Assembly: GCA_965279525.1 (NCBI GenBank)
Contig: CBDIIB010000005.1
Coordinates: forward strand, 1,024,001 to 1,088,000
Source: Tagaea sp.
Lineage (GTDB): Bacteria > Pseudomonadota > Alphaproteobacteria > CACIAM-22H2
Length of the DNA stretch: 64,000 bases
Direction: 5' to 3'
Positions 56,543 through 64,000 of the stretch are shown here, one piece after another. Under the pieces are notes generated by a model. That model had not been told where the DNA came from. It saw only the letters and a list, made by a program, of their open reading frames with translations, and did not search any database. The position numbers and the translations under genes are program-made. How positions within the stretch are numbered: the first letter of the stretch is position 1; each line of letters begins with the position of its first letter.

Positions 56543-57286
56543 ATGCAAGCCAATCCTCCCCGCATCGTCGGCCACCGCGGCGCCAAGGCCGTCACGCCGG
56601 AGAACACGCTCGTCGCGTTCCGCCGCGCGCACGAAGACGGGGCAAGCTGGGTCGAGTTCGACGCCAAGCTGACGAAGGACGGCCACGTCATCATCCTGCA
56701 CGACGCCACGCTCGAGCGGACGACCGACGGCAAGGGCAACGTCGCGGACCGCACGCTGGCCGAGCTCAAGGCGCTCGACGCCGGCAAGTGGTTCGCCCCC
56801 GAGTTCGCCGGCGAGCGCATCCCCACGCTGGTCGAATCGATGGCGCTGTTCATGGAACTGGGCATGGGCTTCAACATCGAGGTCAAGCCGTGCCCCGGCC
56901 GCGAGGCCGAGACCGCGCGCGCTTGCTGCGAACTGATCGACCGCCACTGGCCGAAGACGGCACCCGTGCCCGTATTGTCGAGCTTCAAGCGCGCGTCGCT
57001 GGAAGCCGCACGCGACGCCGCCCCGCATATCCCGCGCGGCTATCTGGCCGAGGAACTCGGCAAGACGTGGCGGGCCGACGTCGAAGCGCTGGGCTGCGTT
57101 GCCGTGCATCCGGGCTGGAAGCTGCTGACCCGCCAACAGGTGCGCGACATCAAGGCCGCGGGCCTGAAGGCGCTGGTGTGGACGGTCAACGAACCCGAAC
57201 GCGCGCGCGAGCTGGTCGCGTGGGGCGTGGACAGCATCATCACCGACGATCCCCGGGCGGTCGGGGCCGCATTCGCCGTCGCCTGA
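56543..57286 (+). CDS. ugpQ: Glycerophosphodiester phosphodiesterase
   Basis: GHRGA..PENTL, VEFD, HD..LERTT, NIEVK, WTVN, GVDSIITD. Confidence 0.9.
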   Translation: MQANPPRIVGHRGAKAVTPENTLVAFRRAHEDGASWVEFDAKLTKDGHVIILHDATLERTTDGKGNVADRTLAELKALDAGKWFAPEFAGERIPTLVESMALFMELGMGFNIEVKPCPGREAETARACCELIDRHWPKTAPVPVLSSFKRASLEAARDAAPHIPRGYLAEELGKTWRADVEALGCVAVHPGWKLLTRQQVRDIKAAGLKALVWTVNEPERARELVAWGVDSIITDDPRAVGAAFAVA

Positions 57287-57328
57287 CGGGTGCATTCGCT
57301 TTGCGGTTTCTGCAAGGCGTGAGGATGA

Positions 57329-58276
57329 TCAGCGGAAGACGCCGGCCTCGATGCTCTTGAACGACCGCGCGAGATCCGCGAGCAGCCGCTTGGCGGCACT
57401 GCCGAGCGTGCGCGAGCGGCGGCGGCACAGGCACATCCGCGTATCGGTCTTTTCGGCACCCGCGAGATCGACCATCACGAGACGTTCTTCCGAGCGCGTG
57501 CCGTGCAGCGTCAGCTCCGGAACAATGGCCGCCCCCACGCCCGACAGCGCGTAAGCCTTCAGGGCCGCGATCGAATTGACGGTGAGCTGCGGCTGCATGC
57601 CGGCCATCGCGTCGGGCAGCAGCGAATTGAACGCGAGCCGGCTCGAATACGAGGCCGGCAGGGCCGCGAAGGGCACGGCGGCAAGCTCCGTGGCGTCGAT
57701 GCGCCGGCGCGTGGCGAGCGGGTGGTTCGGGCTCACCAGCACCGCGACGCGGTTGCCGCGCTCGGCGACGATCTCGATGTCGGCGTGTCGCGGCACCGTG
57801 AGGATCAGGGCGAAGTCGCCGCTGTCCTCGACGAGTGCGCGCTCGGCCTGCCGGCCGGCAGCGACCACGACGTCGAACTTCACGTTCGGATAGAGCCCCG
57901 CCGTCCGCACGACCTGGGGCATCAGGAAGTGCTCGACGAGCGACTGCGACACGAAGACCTTCACGGTGCCGCGTTCAGTCGAGTCCGCGTCGTCGATGTC
58001 GGTGGCGAGGCGCTCCATGCGCGCGATCATGTCGCGCGCGGCCGCCACCACGAGGTAGCCCGCATCGGTCGGCCGCATGCCGCGCGAGTGGCGCTCGAAC
58101 AGCCGGCAGCCGAGTTCGTGCTCGAGCTGGGCGATCTTCCGGCTGAGCGACGGCGAGGTGAGGTTCGCGAGCTGTGCCGCCGCGACGGTCGAGCCGTGGT
58201 CGGCGATCAGCACGACGTAGCGCAGCACTTCGAGCGGCAGCCGGGGCAGCACCCCGACGATCTTGGATCGACCCAT
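57329..58276 (-). CDS. LysR family transcriptional regulator
   Basis: GS..AAA..NLTSPSLSRKIAQLEHELGCRLFERHSRGM HTH. Confidence 0.92.
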   Translation of the reverse strand: MGRSKIVGVLPRLPLEVLRYVVLIADHGSTVAAAQLANLTSPSLSRKIAQLEHELGCRLFERHSRGMRPTDAGYLVVAAARDMIARMERLATDIDDADSTERGTVKVFVSQSLVEHFLMPQVVRTAGLYPNVKFDVVVAAGRQAERALVEDSGDFALILTVPRHADIEIVAERGNRVAVLVSPNHPLATRRRIDATELAAVPFAALPASYSSRLAFNSLLPDAMAGMQPQLTVNSIAALKAYALSGVGAAIVPELTLHGTRSEERLVMVDLAGAEKTDTRMCLCRRRSRTLGSAAKRLLADLARSFKSIEAGVFR

Positions 58277-58406
58277 TGCAGCTCCGTCGGCATTTCGATC
58301 CGGTTTGCAGGATCTGCAAACCTCTTGTGAACATACGCTAGTTGTCAACCGGGGTCACCGAACCGATTTTCGACGAAGCCGTCACAAGAATATTGGGAGG
58401 AAAACC

Positions 58407-59408
58407 ATGACCCGCTTTTCCGGCATCCTGTCCGCCCGCGCCGCGGCCGGGCTCGGCCTCGCCGCAGCTCTGGCGTTCGGCACCCCGACCACCCCCGCTC
58501 TCGCCCAGGGCAAGCAGCCTGCGGGACCGATCGACATCTCGGTCGGCGCCAGCCCCGGCGGCTCGCCGGACGTCGTGATGCGCTTCGTCGCCAAGGTCAT
58601 CGCCGACGAGAAGATCACGTCGGTCCCGATCGTCATCCAGAACCGGCCCGGCGGCTCGGGCGCGACCAGCTACAACCACGTGCTCGGGCGCAGCGGCGAC
58701 CAGAACCTCGTGCTGACGCTCAACCAGTCGAGCTTCACGACGCCGATGATGCAGGGCACGCCGTCGGTCCTCGACCGTCTCGTGCCGGTCGCCGACTTCA
58801 TCCAGTCCGACCTCGTGTTCCTTGTGCGCCCCAACGCGCCCTACCAGAACCTGCAGGGCTTCATGGCGGCGGCGAAGGCCGCCCCCCGCCAGATCCGCAT
58901 CGCCGGCGCGCAGGCCGGCGGCACCGACCATCTGGCGACGGCGCTGTTCATGAAGGCGGGCGGCGTGCAGCTCACCTACGTTCCCTTCGACAGCGGCTCG
59001 GTCGCGCTCTCGACCTTCATGGGCGGCAATGTCGAGGGCGTCTTCGCCACCCTCGAGGAAGGCGTGCCGCTGATCAGCACCGGCCGTGCCAAGCCGCTGG
59101 CCGTGCTCGCGGCCCAGCGCCGGACCGAGCCGGAGTACAAGGACGTCCCGACCGCCAAGGAACAGGGCTACGACATCGAGTTCGGCCAGTCCTGGGGCAT
59201 GGCGCTGCCGGGCGGCGTCGATCCGCAGGTCGCAGTGTGGTGGGACGGCGTGATGCGCAAAGTCGTCGCGTCCAAGCAGTGGCAGGACTCGGTCAAGTCG
59301 AAGTTCCAGCGCAGCGAGTACTACGGCCTCGACCGCATCAAGGCGCGTCACGCGGAGCTCGCCAAGCTCTACGGCGACCTGATGCGCGACGTCGGACTGG
59401 CGAAGTGA
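58407..59408 (+). CDS. tctC: Tripartite tricarboxylate transporter substrate-binding protein
   Basis: SPGGSPD, NRPGGSG, YVPF..G, VPTAKEQG motifs. Confidence 0.88.
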   Translation: MTRFSGILSARAAAGLGLAAALAFGTPTTPALAQGKQPAGPIDISVGASPGGSPDVVMRFVAKVIADEKITSVPIVIQNRPGGSGATSYNHVLGRSGDQNLVLTLNQSSFTTPMMQGTPSVLDRLVPVADFIQSDLVFLVRPNAPYQNLQGFMAAAKAAPRQIRIAGAQAGGTDHLATALFMKAGGVQLTYVPFDSGSVALSTFMGGNVEGVFATLEEGVPLISTGRAKPLAVLAAQRRTEPEYKDVPTAKEQGYDIEFGQSWGMALPGGVDPQVAVWWDGVMRKVVASKQWQDSVKSKFQRSEYYGLDRIKARHAELAKLYGDLMRDVGLAK

Positions 59409-59442
59409 GGCAACGGGCGGCGGTACGACGCGAAGGTCCGCC

Positions 59443-59898
59443 ATGCGGCTGAGCGTCGCCGTCGCCGCCTTTGCGGTCCTGGGCGTGTCGGCGACGGTCG
59501 TCGCCGACACCGCCCATCTCGACGTCTGGGACGGCTTCACGGCCGGGCCTGCCTTTTTCCCGCTCCTCGTCGGCGTCGGTGCGGCCGGGCTCGCGGTGGC
59601 ATTGCTCGTCCAGATCTTTCAGGGGCGCGATGCGCCGCTGGCCGAGGGATGGCCCGAAGGTCCGGGCCTGCGCCGGGTCGCTTCCGTCTACGCCACACTG
59701 GTCGCGTTCGCGCTGCTGGTTCCGGTCGCCGGCATGCTCGCGGCGGCGGCGGCGATGGTCGCCTTCATCACCGTGGTCATCCTGCGCCGCCCCGTGATCA
59801 CGGGCCTCGGTGCGACGGCCGCCAGCGTCGCGTTCCTGTGGCTGGTGTTCGCACGCTGGCTGGCTTTGCCGCTGCCCAAGGGCCCGTGGGGATTCTAG
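59443..59898 (+). CDS. tctB: Tripartite tricarboxylate transporter small subunit
   Basis: Four TM helices, GPAFFP, FARWLALPLP.G; start could be 59405. Confidence 0.82.
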   Translation: MRLSVAVAAFAVLGVSATVVADTAHLDVWDGFTAGPAFFPLLVGVGAAGLAVALLVQIFQGRDAPLAEGWPEGPGLRRVASVYATLVAFALLVPVAGMLAAAAAMVAFITVVILRRPVITGLGATAASVAFLWLVFARWLALPLPKGPWGF

Positions 59899-59905
59899 AT
59901 CCGGC

Positions 59906-61405
59906 ATGGAAAATCTCGACCTCCTCTGGCAGGGCTTCGCCGTCGCGACGACGCCGGCCAACCTGTTCTTCCTCGTCCTCGGCGTGGTGCTCGGCCAGAT
60001 CATCGGCGCGCTGCCGGGAATCGGGCCGGCGGCCGGCATGGCGCTGCTGCTGCCCTTCACCTATTCGATGGCGCCGGTCTCCGGCGTCATCATGCTTGCC
60101 GGCATCATGTATGGCGGCATGTATGGCGGGACGCTGACCTCGGTCCTCGTCAACGTGCCCGGCGAATCGTCGAGCCTGATGACCGCCGTCGACGGCCACC
60201 AGCTCGCCCGCAAGGGCCGCGCGGGGGCCGCCCTCAGCGTCGCGGCCATCGGTTCGTTCGTCGCCGGCATCGCGTCGGTGACCGCACTGGTGTTCGTCGC
60301 ACCGCCGCTCAGCGAGTTCGCCCTCAATTTCAGCTCGCCCGAGTATTTCCTGCTCGCGGCACTGGGCATCTGCGCCACCGCCAGCCTCGGCAGCGCCTCG
60401 GCGGTCAAGGCACTGCTCGCCGCCGCGGTCGGCCTGACGATCGCGCTGGTCGGCGTCGATCCGATCGTCGGCATGCCGCGCCTGACCTTCGGCGTGTCGC
60501 AGCTGATCGAGGGGATCGACTTCCTGCCGGTGGCGATCGGCCTGTTCGGGATCGCCGAGATCCTCGCGTCGCTCGAACGCGTGCATGCCATCCAGCCGAT
60601 CCGCACGCGCCTGCGCGACATGTGGATCACCGCCGAGGAATGGACGGACAGCCGCTTCGCGATCGTGCGGGGGACCCTGGTGGGGTTCATCGTCGGCGTC
60701 ATGCCGGGGGCGGGGCCGACGATCGCGTCGATGATGGCCTACGTCACCGAACGGCGCTTCAGCCGCAAGCCCGAGCGCTTCGGCAACGGCGCCATCGACG
60801 GTCTCGCGGCGGCGGAATCGGCGAACAATTCGGCCGCACAGAGCGCGCTTGCACCCATGCTCGCCCTCGGCATCCCCGGCTCGACGAGCACCGCGGTCCT
60901 GCTGGCGGCCCTGATCCTGCTCGGCATCCGGCCCGGACCCGGGCTGATGACCGAGCAGCCCGACCTCGTCTGGGGGCTGATGGCCAGCATGTTCCTGGGC
61001 AATCTCGTGCTGCTGGTGATCAACCTGCCGCTCGCACCCCTCTTCGCCTCCTTGCTGCGGATCCCCTACGCCTATCTGGCGCCGGCGATCCTCGCGGTCT
61101 CGCTGTTCGGCGCGTATTCGAGCTCGCTCAGCCTGTTCCCCGTGATCGTGGCGCTGATCTTCGGCGCCGTGGGCTGGCTGATGATCAAGCTCGATTTTCC
61201 CCGTGCACCGCTTGTCCTCGCCCTCGTGCTTGCACCGCTGCTGGAAAGCTCGCTGCGCCAGTCGCTGCTGCTGTCGCTCGGCAGCCCCGCGATCTTCGTC
61301 GAGCGGCCGATCTCCGCGATCCTGTCGTGCGCGCTTGTCGCGACCCTCGTCTGGCCGGCCGTCGCGGCGTTCCGCCGCCGTCGCGCGCGCGCCGCCATCA
61401 CCTGA
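59906..61405 (+). CDS. tctA: Tripartite tricarboxylate transporter large subunit
   Basis: GALPGIG, YGGMYGG, PGE, ESANNS, LGIPGS, PGP motifs. Confidence 0.93.
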   Translation: MENLDLLWQGFAVATTPANLFFLVLGVVLGQIIGALPGIGPAAGMALLLPFTYSMAPVSGVIMLAGIMYGGMYGGTLTSVLVNVPGESSSLMTAVDGHQLARKGRAGAALSVAAIGSFVAGIASVTALVFVAPPLSEFALNFSSPEYFLLAALGICATASLGSASAVKALLAAAVGLTIALVGVDPIVGMPRLTFGVSQLIEGIDFLPVAIGLFGIAEILASLERVHAIQPIRTRLRDMWITAEEWTDSRFAIVRGTLVGFIVGVMPGAGPTIASMMAYVTERRFSRKPERFGNGAIDGLAAAESANNSAAQSALAPMLALGIPGSTSTAVLLAALILLGIRPGPGLMTEQPDLVWGLMASMFLGNLVLLVINLPLAPLFASLLRIPYAYLAPAILAVSLFGAYSSSLSLFPVIVALIFGAVGWLMIKLDFPRAPLVLALVLAPLLESSLRQSLLLSLGSPAIFVERPISAILSCALVATLVWPAVAAFRRRRARAAIT

Positions 61406-61416
61406 AAGGCCGACCG

Positions 61417-62112
61417 ATGTCGTACATCTCGCTCCTCAGCGGCGGCGCCGCCCACGGCCTGGTGAGGTCGCTCGCCGACGCGTTCTCGGCCGAAACCGGC
61501 ACGCAAGTGCGCGGCGAGTTCGGTGCCGTCGGTGCCATGCGCGAGAAGCTGGGTGCCGGCCACGCCGCCGACATCGTGATCCTGACGCGCCCGATCGTCG
61601 ACGACCTCATGCGGCTGGGCACTGTCCTTGGCGACACGGTCGCCGATCTCGGCCGGGTACGCACGGCGGTCGCCGTGCGCACCGGCGATGCCGTTCCCGA
61701 CATCGGCACAGCCGAAGCGCTGCGCGCGGCACTGCTTGCCGCCGACGAGATCCATTTTCCCGATCCCGCACTCGCCACCGCCGGCATCCACTTCGCGAAG
61801 ATCCTCGAACGGCTCGGCATCGCGGCTTTGGTCGCGGGCGCCAGGCGCGTGCATCCCAACGGGTCGACCGCCATGCGGGCATTGGCCGCCTCGACGGCAC
61901 GCAACCCCCTCGGCTGCACGCAGGCGACCGAGATTCTCGACACGCCGGGTGCCGTCTTCGTCGGCCCCCTTCCCGATCCGCTGGCGCTCGAGACCGTCTA
62001 TACGGCAGCAGTGTGCAGCGACACCCGCAATGCGGCGGAAGCCCGGTCCTTCGTGGAACGGCTCACCGGCACGCTCAGCGTGTCGCAGCGCCGGCATTGT
62101 GGATTCGAATAG
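61417..62112 (+). CDS. ModA-like (SBP_bac_11) protein without a signal peptide
   Basis: FGAVG, ADIVIL, PDIGT.EALR.AL, DP..ATAG.HF..I..LGI, VGPLP. Confidence 0.8.
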   Translation: MSYISLLSGGAAHGLVRSLADAFSAETGTQVRGEFGAVGAMREKLGAGHAADIVILTRPIVDDLMRLGTVLGDTVADLGRVRTAVAVRTGDAVPDIGTAEALRAALLAADEIHFPDPALATAGIHFAKILERLGIAALVAGARRVHPNGSTAMRALAASTARNPLGCTQATEILDTPGAVFVGPLPDPLALETVYTAAVCSDTRNAAEARSFVERLTGTLSVSQRRHCGFE

Positions 62113-62118
62113 GCCGGC

Positions 62119-63504
62119 TCACGCCACCGGCAGGTAGACCGTGAAGGTCGTGCCGCGGCCGATCTCGCTTTCGATATCGAGCGTGCCGCGATGGCGGTTG
62201 ACGATGTGCTTGACGATGGCAAGCCCGAGCCCCGTCCCGCCCATGTCGCGCGATCGGCCGGCATCCACGCGGTAGAAGCGCTCGGTCAGGCGCGGCAGGT
62301 GTTCGCGCGCGATGCCCTCGCCGTCGTCGGCCACGCGGATCTCGACATAGCTTTTCGCGCGCGCCACGAAGCCCGGCGGCAGGGAAGCCGCGGGTCGGGC
62401 GGCCACGCGCACGGTGCCACCGGCACGCCCGTACTTGATCGCGTTGTCGACCAGGTTCTGGAACACCTGCGCAAGCTGGTCGCCGTCGCCGGTGACCGGC
62501 GGCAGGTCGGCGGCGATGTCGACCGCGATGGCCGTACCCTTCTCCTTCGCCGCGATGGCAAGCGCGTCGAGCGTGCCGGCAAGGATGCGCCCGGCATCCA
62601 CGCGCGTCGCCGGCGGCGTGTGCTCGGCTTCCTCGATCTTGGACAGCGACAGCAGGTCCTTGACGATGCGCGTCATGCGCGCGGTCTGCGTGCCCATGAT
62701 GGCAAGGAAGCGTTCGCGCGCGTCGGCATCGTCGCGCGCCGGCCCCTGCAGGGTCTCGATGAAGCCGACCAGCGTGGCGAGCGGCGTGCGCAGCTCGTGG
62801 CTGACATTGGCGACGAAGTCGCGCCGCATGCGCTCGGCCTGCCGGACCGAGGTCACGTCGGCGATCGCGAGCAGGGCGGCGGGCCGCGATCCCACGCCGC
62901 GCGGCAGCGGGACGGCGCGCACGCGCAATGCCCGCTCGACGGACCCGGCCAGGTGCACGTCGACCGCATCGGGATAGCCGCCTTCGAGGGCAAGGACGAG
63001 CGCATCGAGGACACCGGGATCGCGCAGATAGGCAAGGAGCGGCTTTTCCTCCAGCCCGTCGCCGAACAGGGCACGCGCGGCGGTGTTCGCGCGCGCGATC
63101 TGCTCGTCGGCGTCGATCTGCAGGATCGCATAGGGAAGTGCGTCGACGATCGATTCGAGGGCCGCCTCGCTCGCCATCGGCTGCACGCGCTCGGGCAGGG
63201 CGCGTTCGAGGCGCGCGACCGCCTCGGCGAGCGGAGCGGTCGGCCCATCCTCGGCCGACAGCGCCATCGCGTCCGGGGGTTCGCCCTTGGCCAGTTCGTC
63301 GAGCCGGCGCGCGTGCCGGGACAGTGCGCGCAGGTGCCGCGCCAGCAGGAAGGCCGTCACGAGCACCGTCGCACCGATGCCGGCAACCGCCGAAGTCCAT
63401 GGAATCGCGTGGATATATGCGAACGTACCGAGGACGGCCGCCGTCGGTGCGGCGAGTGCCGCCAGCGAGACCCAGAAATCGCCCGAGAGGCCGTTTCGAT
63501 CCAT
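62119..63504 (-). CDS. phoR: Phosphate regulon sensor histidine kinase
   Basis: Two TM helices, PAS-like region, RRDFVANVSHELRTP, NLVDNAIKY, RLTERFYRVD..RSR..GGTGLGL. Confidence 0.9.
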   Translation of the reverse strand: MDRNGLSGDFWVSLAALAAPTAAVLGTFAYIHAIPWTSAVAGIGATVLVTAFLLARHLRALSRHARRLDELAKGEPPDAMALSAEDGPTAPLAEAVARLERALPERVQPMASEAALESIVDALPYAILQIDADEQIARANTAARALFGDGLEEKPLLAYLRDPGVLDALVLALEGGYPDAVDVHLAGSVERALRVRAVPLPRGVGSRPAALLAIADVTSVRQAERMRRDFVANVSHELRTPLATLVGFIETLQGPARDDADARERFLAIMGTQTARMTRIVKDLLSLSKIEEAEHTPPATRVDAGRILAGTLDALAIAAKEKGTAIAVDIAADLPPVTGDGDQLAQVFQNLVDNAIKYGRAGGTVRVAARPAASLPPGFVARAKSYVEIRVADDGEGIAREHLPRLTERFYRVDAGRSRDMGGTGLGLAIVKHIVNRHRGTLDIESEIGRGTTFTVYLPVA

Positions 63505-63625
63505 GACCGCTCCGCTTGTGAAGGACGCCCCGCCTTGCGTCAAGCGCAGGGGCCTGCCGTTTGCCGGCCGGGCCATTGTGGCGTATAAACAGGGATAATC
63601 CCGCGTCCAGAAGAGGCGATTTGAA

Positions 63626-63835
63626 ATGGCTTCATCGATTTCCTCGAGTTCGACCTCCACCCTTCCGCCGGTCGCCGGCGGCGGCGCCCAGGTCGCGGCC
63701 GTCTCGAATTCCGATCCCGCCGACGAGACCCGCGCGTCGGCCAGCACGGGCAGCCGCACCGAGGAGACGTCGCAGACGAGCCCGGCGGCCCCCAGCGGTT
63801 CCGGCCGCGGGCAGAACGTCGACATCCTGGTCTAG
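63626..63835 (+). CDS. Small Ser/Thr-rich protein with C-terminal GRGQNVDILV motif
   Basis: RBS AGAGG upstream and a terminator downstream; the C-terminal G.G..VD..V motif resembles YjfB-like small proteins. Confidence 0.6.
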   Translation: MASSISSSSTSTLPPVAGGGAQVAAVSNSDPADETRASASTGSRTEETSQTSPAAPSGSGRGQNVDILV

Positions 63836-63861
63836 CGGAAACCTCCCCGGACCGACCCTTT

Positions 63862-63894
63862 GGAAAACCCGCCGGGCGACCGGCGGGTTTTTCC
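63862..63894. terminator. Bidirectional intrinsic terminator
   Basis: GGAAAACCCGCCGG-GCGA-CCGGCGGGTTTTTCC between convergent genes. Confidence 0.85.
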
Positions 63895-63918
63895 GTTTCG
63901 GGCCCGCTTCGTTTCAGG

Positions 63919-64000
63919 TCAGGCGAAACGCACGCTCGCGATCGGCGGGAGATTCCCGGCGACGAGCTTCCACGAGTTGCCGCCGTTCTCCGACACCCAC
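63919..64000 (-). CDS. 3' end of a BNR/Asp-box repeat beta-propeller protein (partial)
   Basis: Reads WVSENGGNSWKLVAGNLPPIASVRFA-stop and contains an Asp-box-like S.N.G.SW motif. Confidence 0.65.
   Translation of the reverse strand, partial: WVSENGGNSWKLVAGNLPPIASVRFA

Overview
GC-rich alphaproteobacterial chromosome segment (Rhodospirillales-like by gene content; inference). Contents in order: the 3' part of a flagellin-like gene; a LacI-associated sugar-acid catabolic cluster (TRAP transporter, DUF6807-like protein, 2-hydroxyacid dehydrogenase, APH-fold kinase, divergent enolase, FAH-family protein, two Gfo/Idh/MocA oxidoreductases, IlvD/Edd dehydratase); a tungstate ABC transporter (tupBCA) with a Xis-HTH/PBP regulator; a putative trans-envelope signalling locus (orphan TpsB, exported protein, stand-alone cNMP-binding protein, TPR-CHAT lipoprotein, exported protein, CHASE2 class III cyclase with non-canonical base-specificity residues); a candidate small RNA beside a BoxC/REP-like repeat; a GST gene flanked by a 33-bp direct repeat; an AT-rich single-gene island encoding a SIR2-kinase-fold fusion (candidate anti-phage system); a second TRAP cluster; housekeeping genes (gloB, mmcB, acuI, rbfA-truB-rpsO-pnp, ugpQ-like); a LysR-tctCBA cluster; and phoR. 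No rRNA, tRNA, CRISPR array, transposase or integrase was recognised. All calls come from motif recognition by eye, and no database searches were run. The best leads for an undescribed system are the SIR2-(pseudo)kinase island (34890-37298) and the CHAT/CHASE2-cyclase/cNMP/TpsB locus (20655-29494).
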